A stretch of DNA of 64,000 nt from Nitrospirota bacterium (lineage in GTDB: Bacteria; Nitrospirota; UBA9217), in contig CAWIYV010000010.1 in assembly GCA_963840455.1 (NCBI GenBank), positions 96,001 through 160,000 of the forward strand. The letters run 5' to 3'. The translations under genes were made by a program, and so were the position numbers. Under the pieces are notes generated by a model, which did no database searches, was not told the DNA's origin, and was given only the letters and a program-made list of their open reading frames with translations. Positions 20,768-31,354 of this stretch are shown here, in pieces. Positions within the stretch are counted from its first letter, which is position 1; each line of letters opens with the position of its first letter.

Positions 20768-21619
20768 TTAGTCGGACAGTTCAGAAGAGGGGGATGACCC
20801 CTCGGTCGTCCGGACCGGGAATTCCGGGCTCCCGGCCGGCGCGGGCCCTGTGGTGTCCTGCTCCGGGGCGATCCCCTCCATAAGCTCCTGCTTGATGAAC
20901 TCCCGGACGAACTCCCGCTCCCGGTCGCCTATCTTCAGGAATTTCACGGCCATTCCCGGGATCTTCCGCTTGTTCTCGCCGAAGTGGCTGAACAGGACCT
21001 GCCCCTCGACCCGGATGGGCCATCCGGGTGCGTTCGGCAGGTGGAAGGTGAACGGGAGGACCATCCCGATGGACAGGGGCACCAGCGTGCTCACGAACAT
21101 CCCGCGCTCCGAGATGGCGGTGATGAGGTCGCTCCGGCCGCTATCCGCGGAACGCCCGTCCTCCAATTCCACGTCAAGCTTGGTTGTCAGCCTCAGGAAC
21201 CTGCGCGGCCGCTTCTGCGTGGCCTCGACGGTCGCATACAGGTCTTCCAGGCTGCAGGGGTGGCGCAGGAACGCCGAGCATCCTGCTGCCTCGCAGGCCT
21301 GTTGTATGTCCGGGGAGCGGTTGGAGGTATAGATGATGAAGGGGACGCCGCGCGTCCTAGGGTCGCGCCTGACCCGCGTAAGGAGCTCGAGCCCGGTCAT
21401 TTGCGGAAGGTCGTGGTTGGCGATGATGACGAGCGGGACCGTTAGGCCAAGGAACAGAACAGCATCCTCCGCGGTCTTCGCCATGATTACCTGGTAATGG
21501 AGCCGCTGCAGGAATATGCTGGTGTAGAACTGCCGCATGGGCCTGGCATCCACGACCAGGATGACCTGCTGGTTCGCCGACGTGTCCTTCGGCGCATGCT
21601 GGGGAACAGTATTGTCCAT
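20768..21619 (-). CDS. Atypical receiver domain plus PilZ protein
   Basis: ILVVD and LPQMTG receiver features; RRFLR and ISERGMF PilZ-like motifs. Confidence 0.82.
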   Translation of the reverse strand: MDNTVPQHAPKDTSANQQVILVVDARPMRQFYTSIFLQRLHYQVIMAKTAEDAVLFLGLTVPLVIIANHDLPQMTGLELLTRVRRDPRTRGVPFIIYTSNRSPDIQQACEAAGCSAFLRHPCSLEDLYATVEATQKRPRRFLRLTTKLDVELEDGRSADSGRSDLITAISERGMFVSTLVPLSIGMVLPFTFHLPNAPGWPIRVEGQVLFSHFGENKRKIPGMAVKFLKIGDREREFVREFIKQELMEGIAPEQDTTGPAPAGSPEFPVRTTEGSSPSSELSD

Positions 21620-21687
21620 GCTCTCCTCCTCCGGCTGGCCGGGCCCCCGTAGGGCCGGTTTGCGAGGGGCCGATGCATAAAAGTGCA

Positions 21688-21846
21688 TTGAAGCTCCCTG
21701 CAGCATGCTGCAGGGAATCTTCGATCCTCAAGGAATTAGCGTTATTCTGATCGCTCACCAACCCCCTGCACTCGCGGTTCCACTCGTAAACGCAGGGGGC
21801 AAGACCCCGAAGTAAACTGCGTGGATTGAGCTCTCTCCTAGGTTCA
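21688..21846 (+). mobile_element. Non-autonomous palindromic element (TTGAAGCTCCC...TTCA), locus A
   Basis: Matches the copies at 32918, 40657, 49695, 59239 and 31528 (reverse). Confidence 0.8.
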
Positions 21847-21930
21847 GTGGCTGAGGGTACTCCGGACGGAGGTTCCTGTCAACAGGTTCGATGGGACATT
21901 TTTAAGATACCCTGGGCTCGTACCGGGAGC

Positions 21931-22239
21931 TCAGCAGCGGGTGATCAGGACCGTGACGCCTGCTGCCACAGCAAGGACCGCGAGAATGACGCCGCTTCCA
22001 GTGAAGCGAACGTGCAAGAGCGACATCAGGCCGCCCGCGACCAGCCAGACCCCGAAAAGGATGCTCCCTATATGCGTACTGATCTTTTCGCTGCTGTCCG
22101 CGATGAAGAACAGGATGCCGGTCACGATGCCGAGTACGGCGAGGATGATGCCACTTTTCGAGAACGAGATGCCGCCGAGATGGACCAGTCCCGTGAGGAC
22201 CAGCCAGATGCCAAGAAGGATGTTCATCCAGGTCTTCAT
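21931..22239 (-). CDS. 102-aa 4-TM membrane protein with internal duplication, copy 1
   Basis: Intact ORF; two LLGxWLVxxGL..GxILAVL units; three more copies in the window. Confidence 0.8.
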   Translation of the reverse strand: MKTWMNILLGIWLVLTGLVHLGGISFSKSGIILAVLGIVTGILFFIADSSEKISTHIGSILFGVWLVAGGLMSLLHVRFTGSGVILAVLAVAAGVTVLITRC

Positions 22240-22392
22240 AAGGAGGTTCCGTGAGGCAAGTGATTAGCAACCGATACAAATGTTAATTATGAGGCCTGAC
22301 GCCCGATATCCGTGCCCCTTTTTGTTGTTGAAACTTTTTTTTAATGATATAATCCTCCGCAAAAGACAAAAGGGAATATCTGGCCCGCAACC

Positions 22393-23289
22393 ATGGCACT
22401 TCTTAAAAGAATAATTTTTGGATCTTTGATGGCATTAGTCGCCTGCTTCCACGGTTTTGGGGCTTCAGCAGAAGAGGCTGTAAAGGAATTCAGGGTCGGG
22501 CTCATCGGCGTGGATGCGGGACAGATCCTGCAGGATTTCGATCCCTTCGTGGAATATTTGAGAATCCGTCTCAGGCGTTCCGGGATTCGGGATGTAACGG
22601 TCTTCGTCGCAAAGGACCTTGACCAGATGCACACCCGTATACAAGAAGGAAAGCTGGACTTCATTCTCACCTCCCCTTTCCCGATTGTTGAAATGGAGCG
22701 CGATAAACTCGTACCCTCGGTCCTCGCCTGGCAGGGAGCGGCCCGTGAATACTCCGCGGTATTTTTTGTACGAAAACGGAGCTCCCTGCAAGATCTGAGC
22801 GACCTGCAGGGAAAGACGGTCGTTTTCGGGACACCTTCGTCCACAGCGGCATACGCCATGGCTAAAGCCGAACTGAAAAAGAACAAATTATCCATGAGCG
22901 AATCGACGGACGAACATGCGCCCGAATATGCGATTCGGTATGAGTTTGCCGGCGAGGCGATCAACCAGGCATTCCGGGTCATCCTGAACCGGGCGGACGC
23001 CGGCGTTTTCAGCAGCAGCGACTGGTTGGAGCTTCCCCGGAAGGAACGGTCCAAATTACGGATCATTCACCGTACAACGCCGGTCACCCACCTGCTCGGC
23101 TCGTTCCACCCGTCTTTTCCGCCGGCCCTCAGGGAAGTCGTTGAGAAAACGCTGATCGATATGTCCGGGAACGGGAAGGGACGGACTGCATTGGCCACGG
23201 CGTTGAATATGACAAAATTTGAACGGCTGACGGAGGAAGACAGGCGCTCCTTTCACCATCTTAAACAGCTTCTGTCTGCCGCGGAGTAA
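22393..23289 (+). CDS. PhnD/SsuA-like periplasmic binding protein
   Basis: Signal peptide, DLQGKT..FG..SST and ADAG motifs; upstream of a diguanylate cyclase. Confidence 0.85.
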   Translation: MALLKRIIFGSLMALVACFHGFGASAEEAVKEFRVGLIGVDAGQILQDFDPFVEYLRIRLRRSGIRDVTVFVAKDLDQMHTRIQEGKLDFILTSPFPIVEMERDKLVPSVLAWQGAAREYSAVFFVRKRSSLQDLSDLQGKTVVFGTPSSTAAYAMAKAELKKNKLSMSESTDEHAPEYAIRYEFAGEAINQAFRVILNRADAGVFSSSDWLELPRKERSKLRIIHRTTPVTHLLGSFHPSFPPALREVVEKTLIDMSGNGKGRTALATALNMTKFERLTEEDRRSFHHLKQLLSAAE

Positions 23290-23292
23290 ATC

Positions 23293-24654
23293 ATGAGGAT
23301 CAACATCAACAAGAAATACGCTCTCTTCTTCGGTATCAGCAGCGTCGCGATCATGCTGATCCTGGTCGCATCCTTCGCCTTTATTGTGGTCAAGAAAGGG
23401 GCGACGCTCAAGAAGAACATCAAAGTCAATGACGCCGTCTTTTACCGGGAGAGCCAGGGAAAAACGCTCTTCAATATCGCCCAGTACCTGAGTCAGCATC
23501 TTTTCATTCCTCTGTATCAAACCGATATCGGCGCAGTCAACCGCCTGATCAACGACATGAAGCTCGGACTGCCGTTCAAATCGTTTGTCGTGGCCGACTC
23601 GAAGGGCATGATTCTGACCGATGGGTCCCGCCAGAATAACGCTTTTGGAACAAAGCTTGACGTGAACTTGGAGCGGCTGAAGAAACAACCGATCATTGTG
23701 GAAAATACCGAGCAGGGGGAACGCATTTCTTTTGCGATTAAATCAAAAGAACACGTCGCCGGATACGGCCAGCTCATCTATTCGAACGAACCCCTGATGG
23801 CCGCGATAGCAAAAATCCACTCCCTATTCGATTCGGAATGGATGGACTTCGGGGCGGTGTTCCTGCGGATCAGCCTGATCGGCATCGCGGCATCGCTGGC
23901 TGTAGCGGCGCTGCTGAGCTTTCTGTTTTCCGGCACCATCTCCCGTCCGCTCATCCTTCTGAGGCACGCCGCAAACCGCGTCGCGCAAGGCGACCTTGAT
24001 TGCCGCGTTGAAATCGATACCCATGACGAGATAGGAGAACTGGCGGCAACCTTCAACCAGATGGTCGCGGACATGAAGCGGTCGACCGAACAGCTTCAAG
24101 AGGCCAACCGGAAACTTCACGAGGTCTCCATCACGGACGGCCTTACCGGCCTGTGCAATTACGCGCACTTCATGGACGAGCTGAAAAAGGAGGAGGCCCG
24201 GGCCCGGCGGAGCAATTCGAACTTCGGTGTCATCCTCTTCGATCTCGATCTGTTCAAGGAGGTGAACGATACCTACGGCCATGAAAAAGGGAACATCCTG
24301 CTCAGGGCGGTGTCCGACATCCTGAAGGCGAATGCACGGCGAATGGATACCGTGGCGCGCTACGGAGGCGAGGAGTTCGCCATGCTCATGCCGGACAGCA
24401 AAGGTGCGGAGCGGGAGGTGGCTGAGCGCATACGGAAAAAGATCGAAAGCACGGATTTCACGGGTATCGCAGACACCCCCCTCAGGATCACGATCAGCGG
24501 GGGCGTCTGCACCTATCCCCGGGACGCACAGAGCGTGAACGAGCTGCTCGACAAGGCTGACAAGGGATTGTATACGGCAAAGACCGGCGGCAGGAACAAG
24601 ACGTGTTATTGCGAACCGCTCGGCACCTCGCAGGGGCAGGCGGGAAGCTCCTAG
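23293..24654 (+). CDS. Membrane HAMP-GGDEF diguanylate cyclase
   Basis: DEIGELA.TFNQM (HAMP); DGLTGL, FKEVNDTYGH and RYGGEEF. Confidence 0.93.
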   Translation: MRININKKYALFFGISSVAIMLILVASFAFIVVKKGATLKKNIKVNDAVFYRESQGKTLFNIAQYLSQHLFIPLYQTDIGAVNRLINDMKLGLPFKSFVVADSKGMILTDGSRQNNAFGTKLDVNLERLKKQPIIVENTEQGERISFAIKSKEHVAGYGQLIYSNEPLMAAIAKIHSLFDSEWMDFGAVFLRISLIGIAASLAVAALLSFLFSGTISRPLILLRHAANRVAQGDLDCRVEIDTHDEIGELAATFNQMVADMKRSTEQLQEANRKLHEVSITDGLTGLCNYAHFMDELKKEEARARRSNSNFGVILFDLDLFKEVNDTYGHEKGNILLRAVSDILKANARRMDTVARYGGEEFAMLMPDSKGAEREVAERIRKKIESTDFTGIADTPLRITISGGVCTYPRDAQSVNELLDKADKGLYTAKTGGRNKTCYCEPLGTSQGQAGSS

Positions 24655-24875
24655 GCATCAGACCTTGCCGGCGATAACTCAATCTTTACGTCTGACTGTT
24701 CGCACCCCTCAACCAGCGCGCGCGATTGTCAGACTGGAGAGGTCGGCATGATGACGCTGTTAAACCACAATGGGGGCATTTGGGGGAACGTTTTTTCTAT
24801 CCATGATTTATTAGAGGTAGCGGGAGTAAAGCAATCTTAGCCTTATTGATCTGACCACGGCCTCTTGCTCGATGC

Positions 24876-25185
24876 TCAGCGGCGGGTGATCAGGACCGTG
24901 ATACCTGCTGCCACGCCAAGGACCGCGAGAATGACGCCGCTTCCGGTGAAAGCGAACGTGAAAGAGCGACACCAGGCCGCCCGCGACCAGCCAGACCCCG
25001 AGAAGGATGCTCCCTATATGCGTACTGATCTTTTCGCTGCTGTCCGCGATGAAGAACAGGATGCCGGTCACGATGCCGAGTACGGCGAGGATGATGCCAC
25101 TTTTCGAGAACGAGATGCCGCCGAGATGGACCAGTCCCGAGAGGACCAGCCAGATGCCAAAAAGGATGTTCGCCCAGGTCTTCAT
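24876..25185 (-). pseudogene. Membrane protein copy 2, +1 frameshift near 24950
   Basis: 310 bp versus 309 bp for the intact copies; extra A in GTGAAAGCG. Confidence 0.75.
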
Positions 25186-25516
25186 AAAGAGCCTCCGTGC
25201 GGGAAGTAGCCTGCCTCCAGGAGGAGCGTTCATGATGAATCGTGACACAAGGTAGGCCTCCCGATAACGTGAGAATATAGGAATTGGTTTGGTGCGTTAA
25301 CTGCTCAACGAAAATTAAAAGGCCGAGAGGTAATTCCTCCGGCCTTCTGTCAATTCAAGCAATGTGACAACTCAAGTATAAACATGAACGATGCGGTGCT
25401 GGGCAAAGATCAAACTGCACGACCTGACCCTAAGTAGTCCTTGATAACTGACTGGGGACTCTCTGATCAGGTCAATTTGGCCCGCAACGTCCCCTCTGCC
25501 TGCACAGATGAGGCGA

Positions 25517-26200
25517 TTAGAACGAGGATATTTCTCGTTCCTTACCGCGGGAAGGGTTCTGACTGACAAGGGCCTCGATGGCGCGCTGCGCAGCGGGGTC
25601 AATACGGGAGAACCGTACGCCGTAGCGGCCCCCGTCATTCCTCACGATCTCCGCCTGCATCGAGAAGGACCTCGCGGGGGCAAGGTCGAGCGAATACCGC
25701 AGCAGGTCGCCCCGGTGCAGCTCGGCATCGGCTTTGATCAGCATGCCCGTCACGCTGATGTTCTCGGTGAGGCAATCTATGGACATACGCGTGGCCCCGC
25801 TGATCCGGGCGCTGAACTGCGCGTGGAAACTGCTGCGGGCGGGAATGCTCAGGAGCTCGTTGACCTTCCGGCGAAGCACGTCTCCGCGAAGCGGCAGCGT
25901 CAGGACAGCATTGGCCCTGCACTGGGCGGCCTCCCCGAGCTCGATCTCGTTGTTGCGGCAGCACACGATGATCGAGACATCGCGCAGTTCCCCGTCATCC
26001 CGGATCTGGGTGCAGAACTGCTTGGTGCTCATGCCCGAGCCGTAGAGCTCGGTGATGATGAGGGCCGCCTTCTCCTTGCGGTGGATCTTCAGGGCGTCGG
26101 CGTTCGAATATGCCGTGAGCACCTCGAGGTCGGACAGCTCCTCGAAGAAATCAAGGCCTACGTTCTGCTTGACGCGGTCGGTGAAGATGATCTTTTTCAT
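25517..26200 (-). CDS. Degenerate receiver plus PilZ domain protein
   Basis: Receiver-like N-terminus; NISVTGM and YGVRF PilZ features. Confidence 0.78.
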   Translation of the reverse strand: MKKIIFTDRVKQNVGLDFFEELSDLEVLTAYSNADALKIHRKEKAALIITELYGSGMSTKQFCTQIRDDGELRDVSIIVCCRNNEIELGEAAQCRANAVLTLPLRGDVLRRKVNELLSIPARSSFHAQFSARISGATRMSIDCLTENISVTGMLIKADAELHRGDLLRYSLDLAPARSFSMQAEIVRNDGGRYGVRFSRIDPAAQRAIEALVSQNPSRGKEREISSF

Positions 26201-26444
26201 GACAAGTGCCTCCCCCCAAGCACGGGATATTCCCGCGTGAGTGCCGGTACGAGGCGAAGGTCTGCAAGACGAACAGGGAGATAAAGGACGAGCAGAGTGT
26301 CGAGAGCGCGCCGCATCCTGCCGTGCAGGTGTTAGAGAAATGATAACACCGATCTACTCCGCTTTCCATACAATATTTATGGTCTTTTTTTTGGACGGAG
26401 AGGCGGAGGCTGGCCGATAGACTCCGCATCAGAATCCGGAGCGC

Positions 26445-27134
26445 TCAATGCTGCGCAACGCTCGCAACTGCGTCCCCCAGGCACTCCACATCGGGCAGGG
26501 CCACCATTGCAGCCGCCTTCCTGGCATCCCTGATCTCCTGGGCATTCAACTGCCATCCGTAGGTCTTCGACCGCATCAGGTTTTCATCAGAGTCCTGGCG
26601 ATGGGGCAGGGACAAGCCGTGACCGCACTCATGGGCGGCTGTGCGCGCTGCTGGATGCCGGGCGGGATGTTCGGCAGGCCTTAGAATGGGCGTGTCGCGC
26701 ACCTGGATGTCGTGGTCGCTCCGAAAGTACCCGTTCAGACCAGTGCCTCCCTGCAGTACCGGCTTGAACCAGATGTCCATGCCCTGCTCCAGGGGCTCGT
26801 CATCCAGAACAATCTGCATTATGAAAAAGATCCCGGCCTGGGACAGCCAGATATGGTTGATCTCGTCCAGGATATCCTTGAACTCCTGCGGGTTGCGCCC
26901 GCTTTCTCCGAGATGGACGCGGAGCGGGATGCGATAGACAGGGCCCAGAGGAAACGATGGGGCAAGGCAGCCATCGATGTGGACAGAGGCCAGCTGTTGC
27001 TGGGCAGTGTCTTGCGCAGCGGATACAGCATCCAGGGAGAGCAACACAAGAACTACCATCGACAGAAGTGCGGTGTTTTTCAGGACTGCCTGAAGCCGAT
27101 CCCGATGTTGATAGTACCCCTTGACAATGATCAC
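26445..27134 (-). CDS. Zinc metallopeptidase-like exported protein
   Basis: HECGHGLSLPH (HExxHxxxxxH) and NLM Met-turn. Confidence 0.7.
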   Translation of the reverse strand: MIIVKGYYQHRDRLQAVLKNTALLSMVVLVLLSLDAVSAAQDTAQQQLASVHIDGCLAPSFPLGPVYRIPLRVHLGESGRNPQEFKDILDEINHIWLSQAGIFFIMQIVLDDEPLEQGMDIWFKPVLQGGTGLNGYFRSDHDIQVRDTPILRPAEHPARHPAARTAAHECGHGLSLPHRQDSDENLMRSKTYGWQLNAQEIRDARKAAAMVALPDVECLGDAVASVAQH

Positions 27135-27666
27135 GGTATCTCCGCCTGAAGAGGATGGTACAGCACAGGGAATGCTAACTCTGAACACGGGGATATTGCA
27201 ATACTGAAAGAAGACCTCATTCATGATGACGAGACCGGTACCTAAACATAAACAGAAGGCCGGAGAGATCATCTCTCCGGCCTTTTCATTAATACAGTAT
27301 GCGACATCTCAATAACTACGGAATAAAGTCTAAACCAACCACCACCCTGCAGCAGCCGGTGCCGGATGACTGACAGACACTGCCTTGCCGGGCGGTGCTA
27401 AGTATCAGGCCGTGAGTGGACTGACGGCCAACCGGCTTCGTATCCAATAACAGTTCCATCGTTCTCTGCATACCAAAGATTCGTCCTGCACGCAGACAGC
27501 CGCGTCTTGCCTGTCGAACGATCCCTCGCCTTCAGTATCCGCCTGAAGAGAGAAAGTCCGACGAAGTTCAACAGGCGAAGGTCGCGTATATGCTTCATGT
27601 GAACGTTCATGGGAACCACTCTTTCCTGAAAAAAGCACGCCCTGTACTACTCTTTGCCGAATGAAA

Positions 27667-27682
27667 AGCAAGACCTGTGCCA
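27667..27682 (-). promoter_or_regulatory. Sigma54 (-24/-12) promoter
   Basis: TGGCAC-AGGTC-TTGCT, a perfect consensus, upstream of a small ORF (~27398-27610). Confidence 0.6.
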
Positions 27683-27921
27683 CATGAAAACCTGGAGATA
27701 TCAGCAGGATAGCAGGAACAAGGGTAGGGGGGGAAACCGACAGGCGCGATTTGATAGGTTATATGGCCGGCTATACTGGGCCAGGAAAATTCCCTCTGAA
27801 TTCCTCACCTGATCATCGTCGGAATCAAAAAATCAATCCACTACCTCAAGCCAGACCCCGGATCGTCTATAGTAATGTCCACAGTAACGTTAAGATTTGA
27901 TCCCATATTCTTATTCTTAGC

Positions 27922-28788
27922 CTATATAATGACCTTTTGATCACGGACCCTGAGATGGGCGGTACATGTCCTTGCCACGAGCGGGTTCGCGAGTTCGGGC
28001 GGGATCCCCAGGTCCTTCAGGACGCATTCGGACAGTTCCTGCAGATCCGGATGGCTGCTCTGGTGCGAACACCGTCTGACCGCATCATGGATGCGCTGCA
28101 GGTACTCCAGGCCCGCATCCATGCGATCGTAGGCCATGGCCCCGGTGCTCGGTTCGTCCCAGGAAGGAAGAAGAAAACGGATGCCCTGCACCGCCTTCAG
28201 TCTTTTTATAGAGGCGACCGAGGCCAGGACATCCTCGTAGATCGGCAGTTCGCCCGGGACCGGGATGGCGTCTCCCGAGAAGAGCACATTGTATCCGAGC
28301 AGCAGGATGGAGAGCGAGCCTCGCGAATGGCCCGGCGTGTACAGCACGTTCAATTTCAGGCCGCAGCCCAGGTCAAAGACCTCGCCGTCTTCGAGCAGCC
28401 TGTTCACGGCAAGCGATCCGGCGACGAGCGTATCGAAATCAGGCACAGGCCGCTCCCCGGCCTGAAGCTGAACGTTCTCGATCCATGCCCTTTCCGCGGG
28501 ATGAGCTGCGACCGAGCACGCCGTTTCTCCCTTAATGGTCCTGGATGCGCCGATATGGTCCGGATGAGCATGCGTCTGGATGATCAGCGAAATATCGCTT
28601 ACTTTCCGGCCCGTACTTCGCACATAGTCGAAGATCGCCTGCTCCGCTGACGCCACGCCGGTGTCGATAAGAAAGACCCCCTGCGTGCCGTAGATGAGAT
28701 AGACGTAGACGAACCGGTCCACGAACCCCTGCGGCATCAGGATGCGGAACGGGACCTTGATAGCGTGAACGTGCCTGTCGATCTGCAA
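27922..28788 (-). CDS. MBL-fold metallo-hydrolase
   Basis: LIDTG, THAHPDHIG, TPGHS and SGDA motifs; probable TTG start. Confidence 0.9.
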   Translation of the reverse strand: MQIDRHVHAIKVPFRILMPQGFVDRFVYVYLIYGTQGVFLIDTGVASAEQAIFDYVRSTGRKVSDISLIIQTHAHPDHIGASRTIKGETACSVAAHPAERAWIENVQLQAGERPVPDFDTLVAGSLAVNRLLEDGEVFDLGCGLKLNVLYTPGHSRGSLSILLLGYNVLFSGDAIPVPGELPIYEDVLASVASIKRLKAVQGIRFLLPSWDEPSTGAMAYDRMDAGLEYLQRIHDAVRRCSHQSSHPDLQELSECVLKDLGIPPELANPLVARTCTAHLRVRDQKVII

Positions 28789-28976
28789 GGTAGTGAATGT
28801 TCTCCGCGAGCATACTATCGAATCTAATAACATTATGCAAGGCGAAACAGGAAAGGAATGAAAAGGCCGGAGAGCATATCCCTCCGGCTTTTGTCGATCA
28901 CAGCGATGTGACATCGCAATAACTACGGAATCAGGTCTGACCGCTTACGACTATTACGAATGTCCACAGCCTAGGC

Positions 28977-29284
28977 TCAGAGGCGGGTGATCAGGGCCGT
29001 GACGCCTGCTGCCACAGCAAGGACCGCGAGAATGACGCCGCTTCCGGTGAAGCGAACGTGCAAGAGCGACATCAGACCGCCCGCGACCAGCCAGACCCCG
29101 AGAAAGATGCTGCTATCTGCGTAGCGAGCTTTTCGCTTCCGTCCGCGATGAAGAACAGGATACCGGTCACGATGCCGAATACGGCGAGGATGACGCCGCT
29201 TTTCGAGAAGGAGATGCCACCGAGATGGACCAGACCCGTGAGGACCAGCCAGATGCCAAGAAGGATGTTCGCCCAGGTCTTCAT
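28977..29284 (-). pseudogene. Membrane protein copy 3, -1 frameshift near 29110
   Basis: 308 bp; similarity continues in another frame to the TGA at 28977. Confidence 0.75.
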
Positions 29285-29632
29285 AAGGAGACTCCGTGCG
29301 GTAAGTGATCAGCTTCCGGTAAGAATGTTAATTATGATGCCTGATCCTGGACGGACTTGAATCTTGTTCTTTACGCGTGCAACTTTTTTATCCTTTTCTG
29401 AATACCGTGAAAATATACCCCGTTTATTATGGGCTCTCCCTCTTGACTCCTGCTATAATTTAATCATGCAGTTTTCGGTACCCCTTAATTGATAGACCCT
29501 GACAAGGAATGCACGCGAACACAAAGAGGATGAAAGTGATTAAAATTGTTTATGGTTATGATCAGGGAGTTGTTTACCTTATATTAACCTTGCAAGCGCA
29601 TGCTTGCACATCTAACGAGTAGGAGGAAAGAA

Positions 29633-29944
29633 ATGAAGAAAGTTATTTTTTTGACAGGAGTATTAGTTCTTGGGTTGGCTTCGTTTTCGGGACAGGCCGC
29701 ACTCGCCGGCGAAACAACAGGTGAATATATCGACGATGCTACGATCACTACACAGGTTAAGGGGATAATCGCTAATGACATGGAGAGTCGTTTTTTCAAG
29801 ATCGAAGTGACGACAACAAAGGGAGAAGTTGTTCTCAAGGGATCTGTGAACAGCAATGATACCGAAGCACGGCTGGTAGGAAAGATCAAAGAGATCAAGG
29901 GCGTCAAATCCGTGAAGAGCCTCTTGAAGGTGGAAAAGAAATAA
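29633..29944 (+). CDS. BON (OsmY-like) domain protein
   Basis: DDATITTQVK, GEVVLKGSV and GVKSV motifs; AGGAGG RBS. Confidence 0.9.
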   Translation: MKKVIFLTGVLVLGLASFSGQAALAGETTGEYIDDATITTQVKGIIANDMESRFFKIEVTTTKGEVVLKGSVNSNDTEARLVGKIKEIKGVKSVKSLLKVEKK

Positions 29945-29978
29945 TGACGAAGAGGCATTCTGTGAAAGGGTAGGCTTT

Positions 29979-30030
29979 GGGGTCAGATCTTTATCGTCAA
30001 CATCGATGTCAACAATAAAGATTTGGCCCC
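29979..30030. repeat. REP-like palindrome GGGGTCAGATCTTTAT...ATAAAGATTTGGCCCC
   Basis: Inverted repeat; related palindromes at 37690-37741 and 38807-38873. Confidence 0.7.
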
Positions 30031-30209
30031 TTTTATTGAACATTTATTATGAGTGGCAGGACAAAGGAAGGAGGTGCATGTCAAACCGCAAGACTTGATC
30101 CTAATAACCGTCCTACTCCCCCAATCGTCAAAGAAAGCAGCGTAGCAACAAAGGCGATCTAGCCCTCAGATATCTCCTTCCCCTTAAGACATGTAGTTGA
30201 ATGACAAAC

Positions 30210-30310
30210 ACCGAAGTCAGGCAGGTTCACACGTTCGTCATGGTTCGTGAAAAGGACGTGCTCGATAACCTCGCGGACATGATCCTCGGCTTCTGTCACC
30301 GAAACGCCAT
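30210..30310 (-). pseudogene. GPW/gp25 baseplate-protein gene fragment
   Basis: EDHVREVIEHVLFTNHDERVNLPDFG resembles the gp25 motif L.T.PGERV..PDFG. Confidence 0.55.
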
Positions 30311-30545
30311 GCGTCCTTGGGTTCGAACACCGCCCTTTGCGGCCTGTCGTACAGGCTCTCCGCCACAAACAGGCGGAGGTGTCGCACCGGCACATATTTC
30401 TACTGGCAGCGTGAAGCTATGCCAGCATTCGGTAATCGTGTACCGCTTCTGGCGGTCGGGAAATGACCCGCCAGATCATCATGTGCTAAGCCTTGTCCGG
30501 CAACGGGAACAAGCGACGTCCTGTGCGGGCATGAGTTGGCGGCAT

Positions 30546-30628
30546 GCCCTTTCCGCGGGATGAGCTGCGACCGCACACGCCATTTTTCCCTTAATGGTCC
30601 TGGATGCGCCGATATGGTCCGGATGAGT
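30546..30628 (-). pseudogene. ~83-bp duplicate of an internal part of the MBL hydrolase gene (28486-28569)
   Basis: Near-identical sequence by eye. Confidence 0.85.
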
Positions 30629-30761
30629 TGGTCATGACCACCGGCATAGCCCGTGTTTTGCTTAAGCCCCATAGGGTCAGGGCGTCTCGGGGACGATAGT
30701 ATATCCCCTATGCCTTTTCTGACCCCCTACGTCCCCCGGCCCTCAGCCTCTTGCAGGGAGC

Positions 30762-31070
30762 TCAGAGGCGGGTGATCAGGACCATGAAGCCTGCTGCCAA
30801 GGCAAGGACCGCGAGAATGACGCCGCTCCCGGCGAAGTGTATGTGAAAGAGCGAGACCAGACCGCCCGCGACCAGCCAGACCCCGAGAAAGATGCTTCCT
30901 ATCTGCGTAGCGAGCTTTTCGCTTCTGTCCGCGATGAAGAACAGGATACCGGTCACGATACCGAGCGCGGCGAGGATGACGCCGCTTTTCGAGAAGGAGA
31001 TGCCACCGAGATGGACCAGGCCCGTGAGGACCAGCCAGATGCCAAGAAGGATGTTCGCCCAGGTCTTCAT
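30762..31070 (-). CDS. Membrane protein copy 4, intact
   Basis: 309-bp intact ORF paralogous to 21931-22239. Confidence 0.8.
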   Translation of the reverse strand: MKTWANILLGIWLVLTGLVHLGGISFSKSGVILAALGIVTGILFFIADRSEKLATQIGSIFLGVWLVAGGLVSLFHIHFAGSGVILAVLALAAGFMVLITRL

Positions 31071-31354
31071 AAGGAGCCTCCGTGCGGGAAGTAATTAGCC
31101 TCCAGTAAGAATGGACCGGTCATGTGCGAGCAGGATGGAGCGCGCCGATCCAGGCAGCAGGTAACAGCCCAGGGTAGGGTAGAGGTACAAACTATATATA
31201 GAGTAAACCTGGTACAAGTATAGCACCGCTGCAACCCGCAGAAGCTTCAGGGTATCTCTATAACAATAAAGGCCGGAGAGCTCCCTCTCTCCGGCCACTT
31301 AGGTTTCATAAAAATTAGGATCTCAATATTTAAGTCTGAACCCAGATAGACCGT

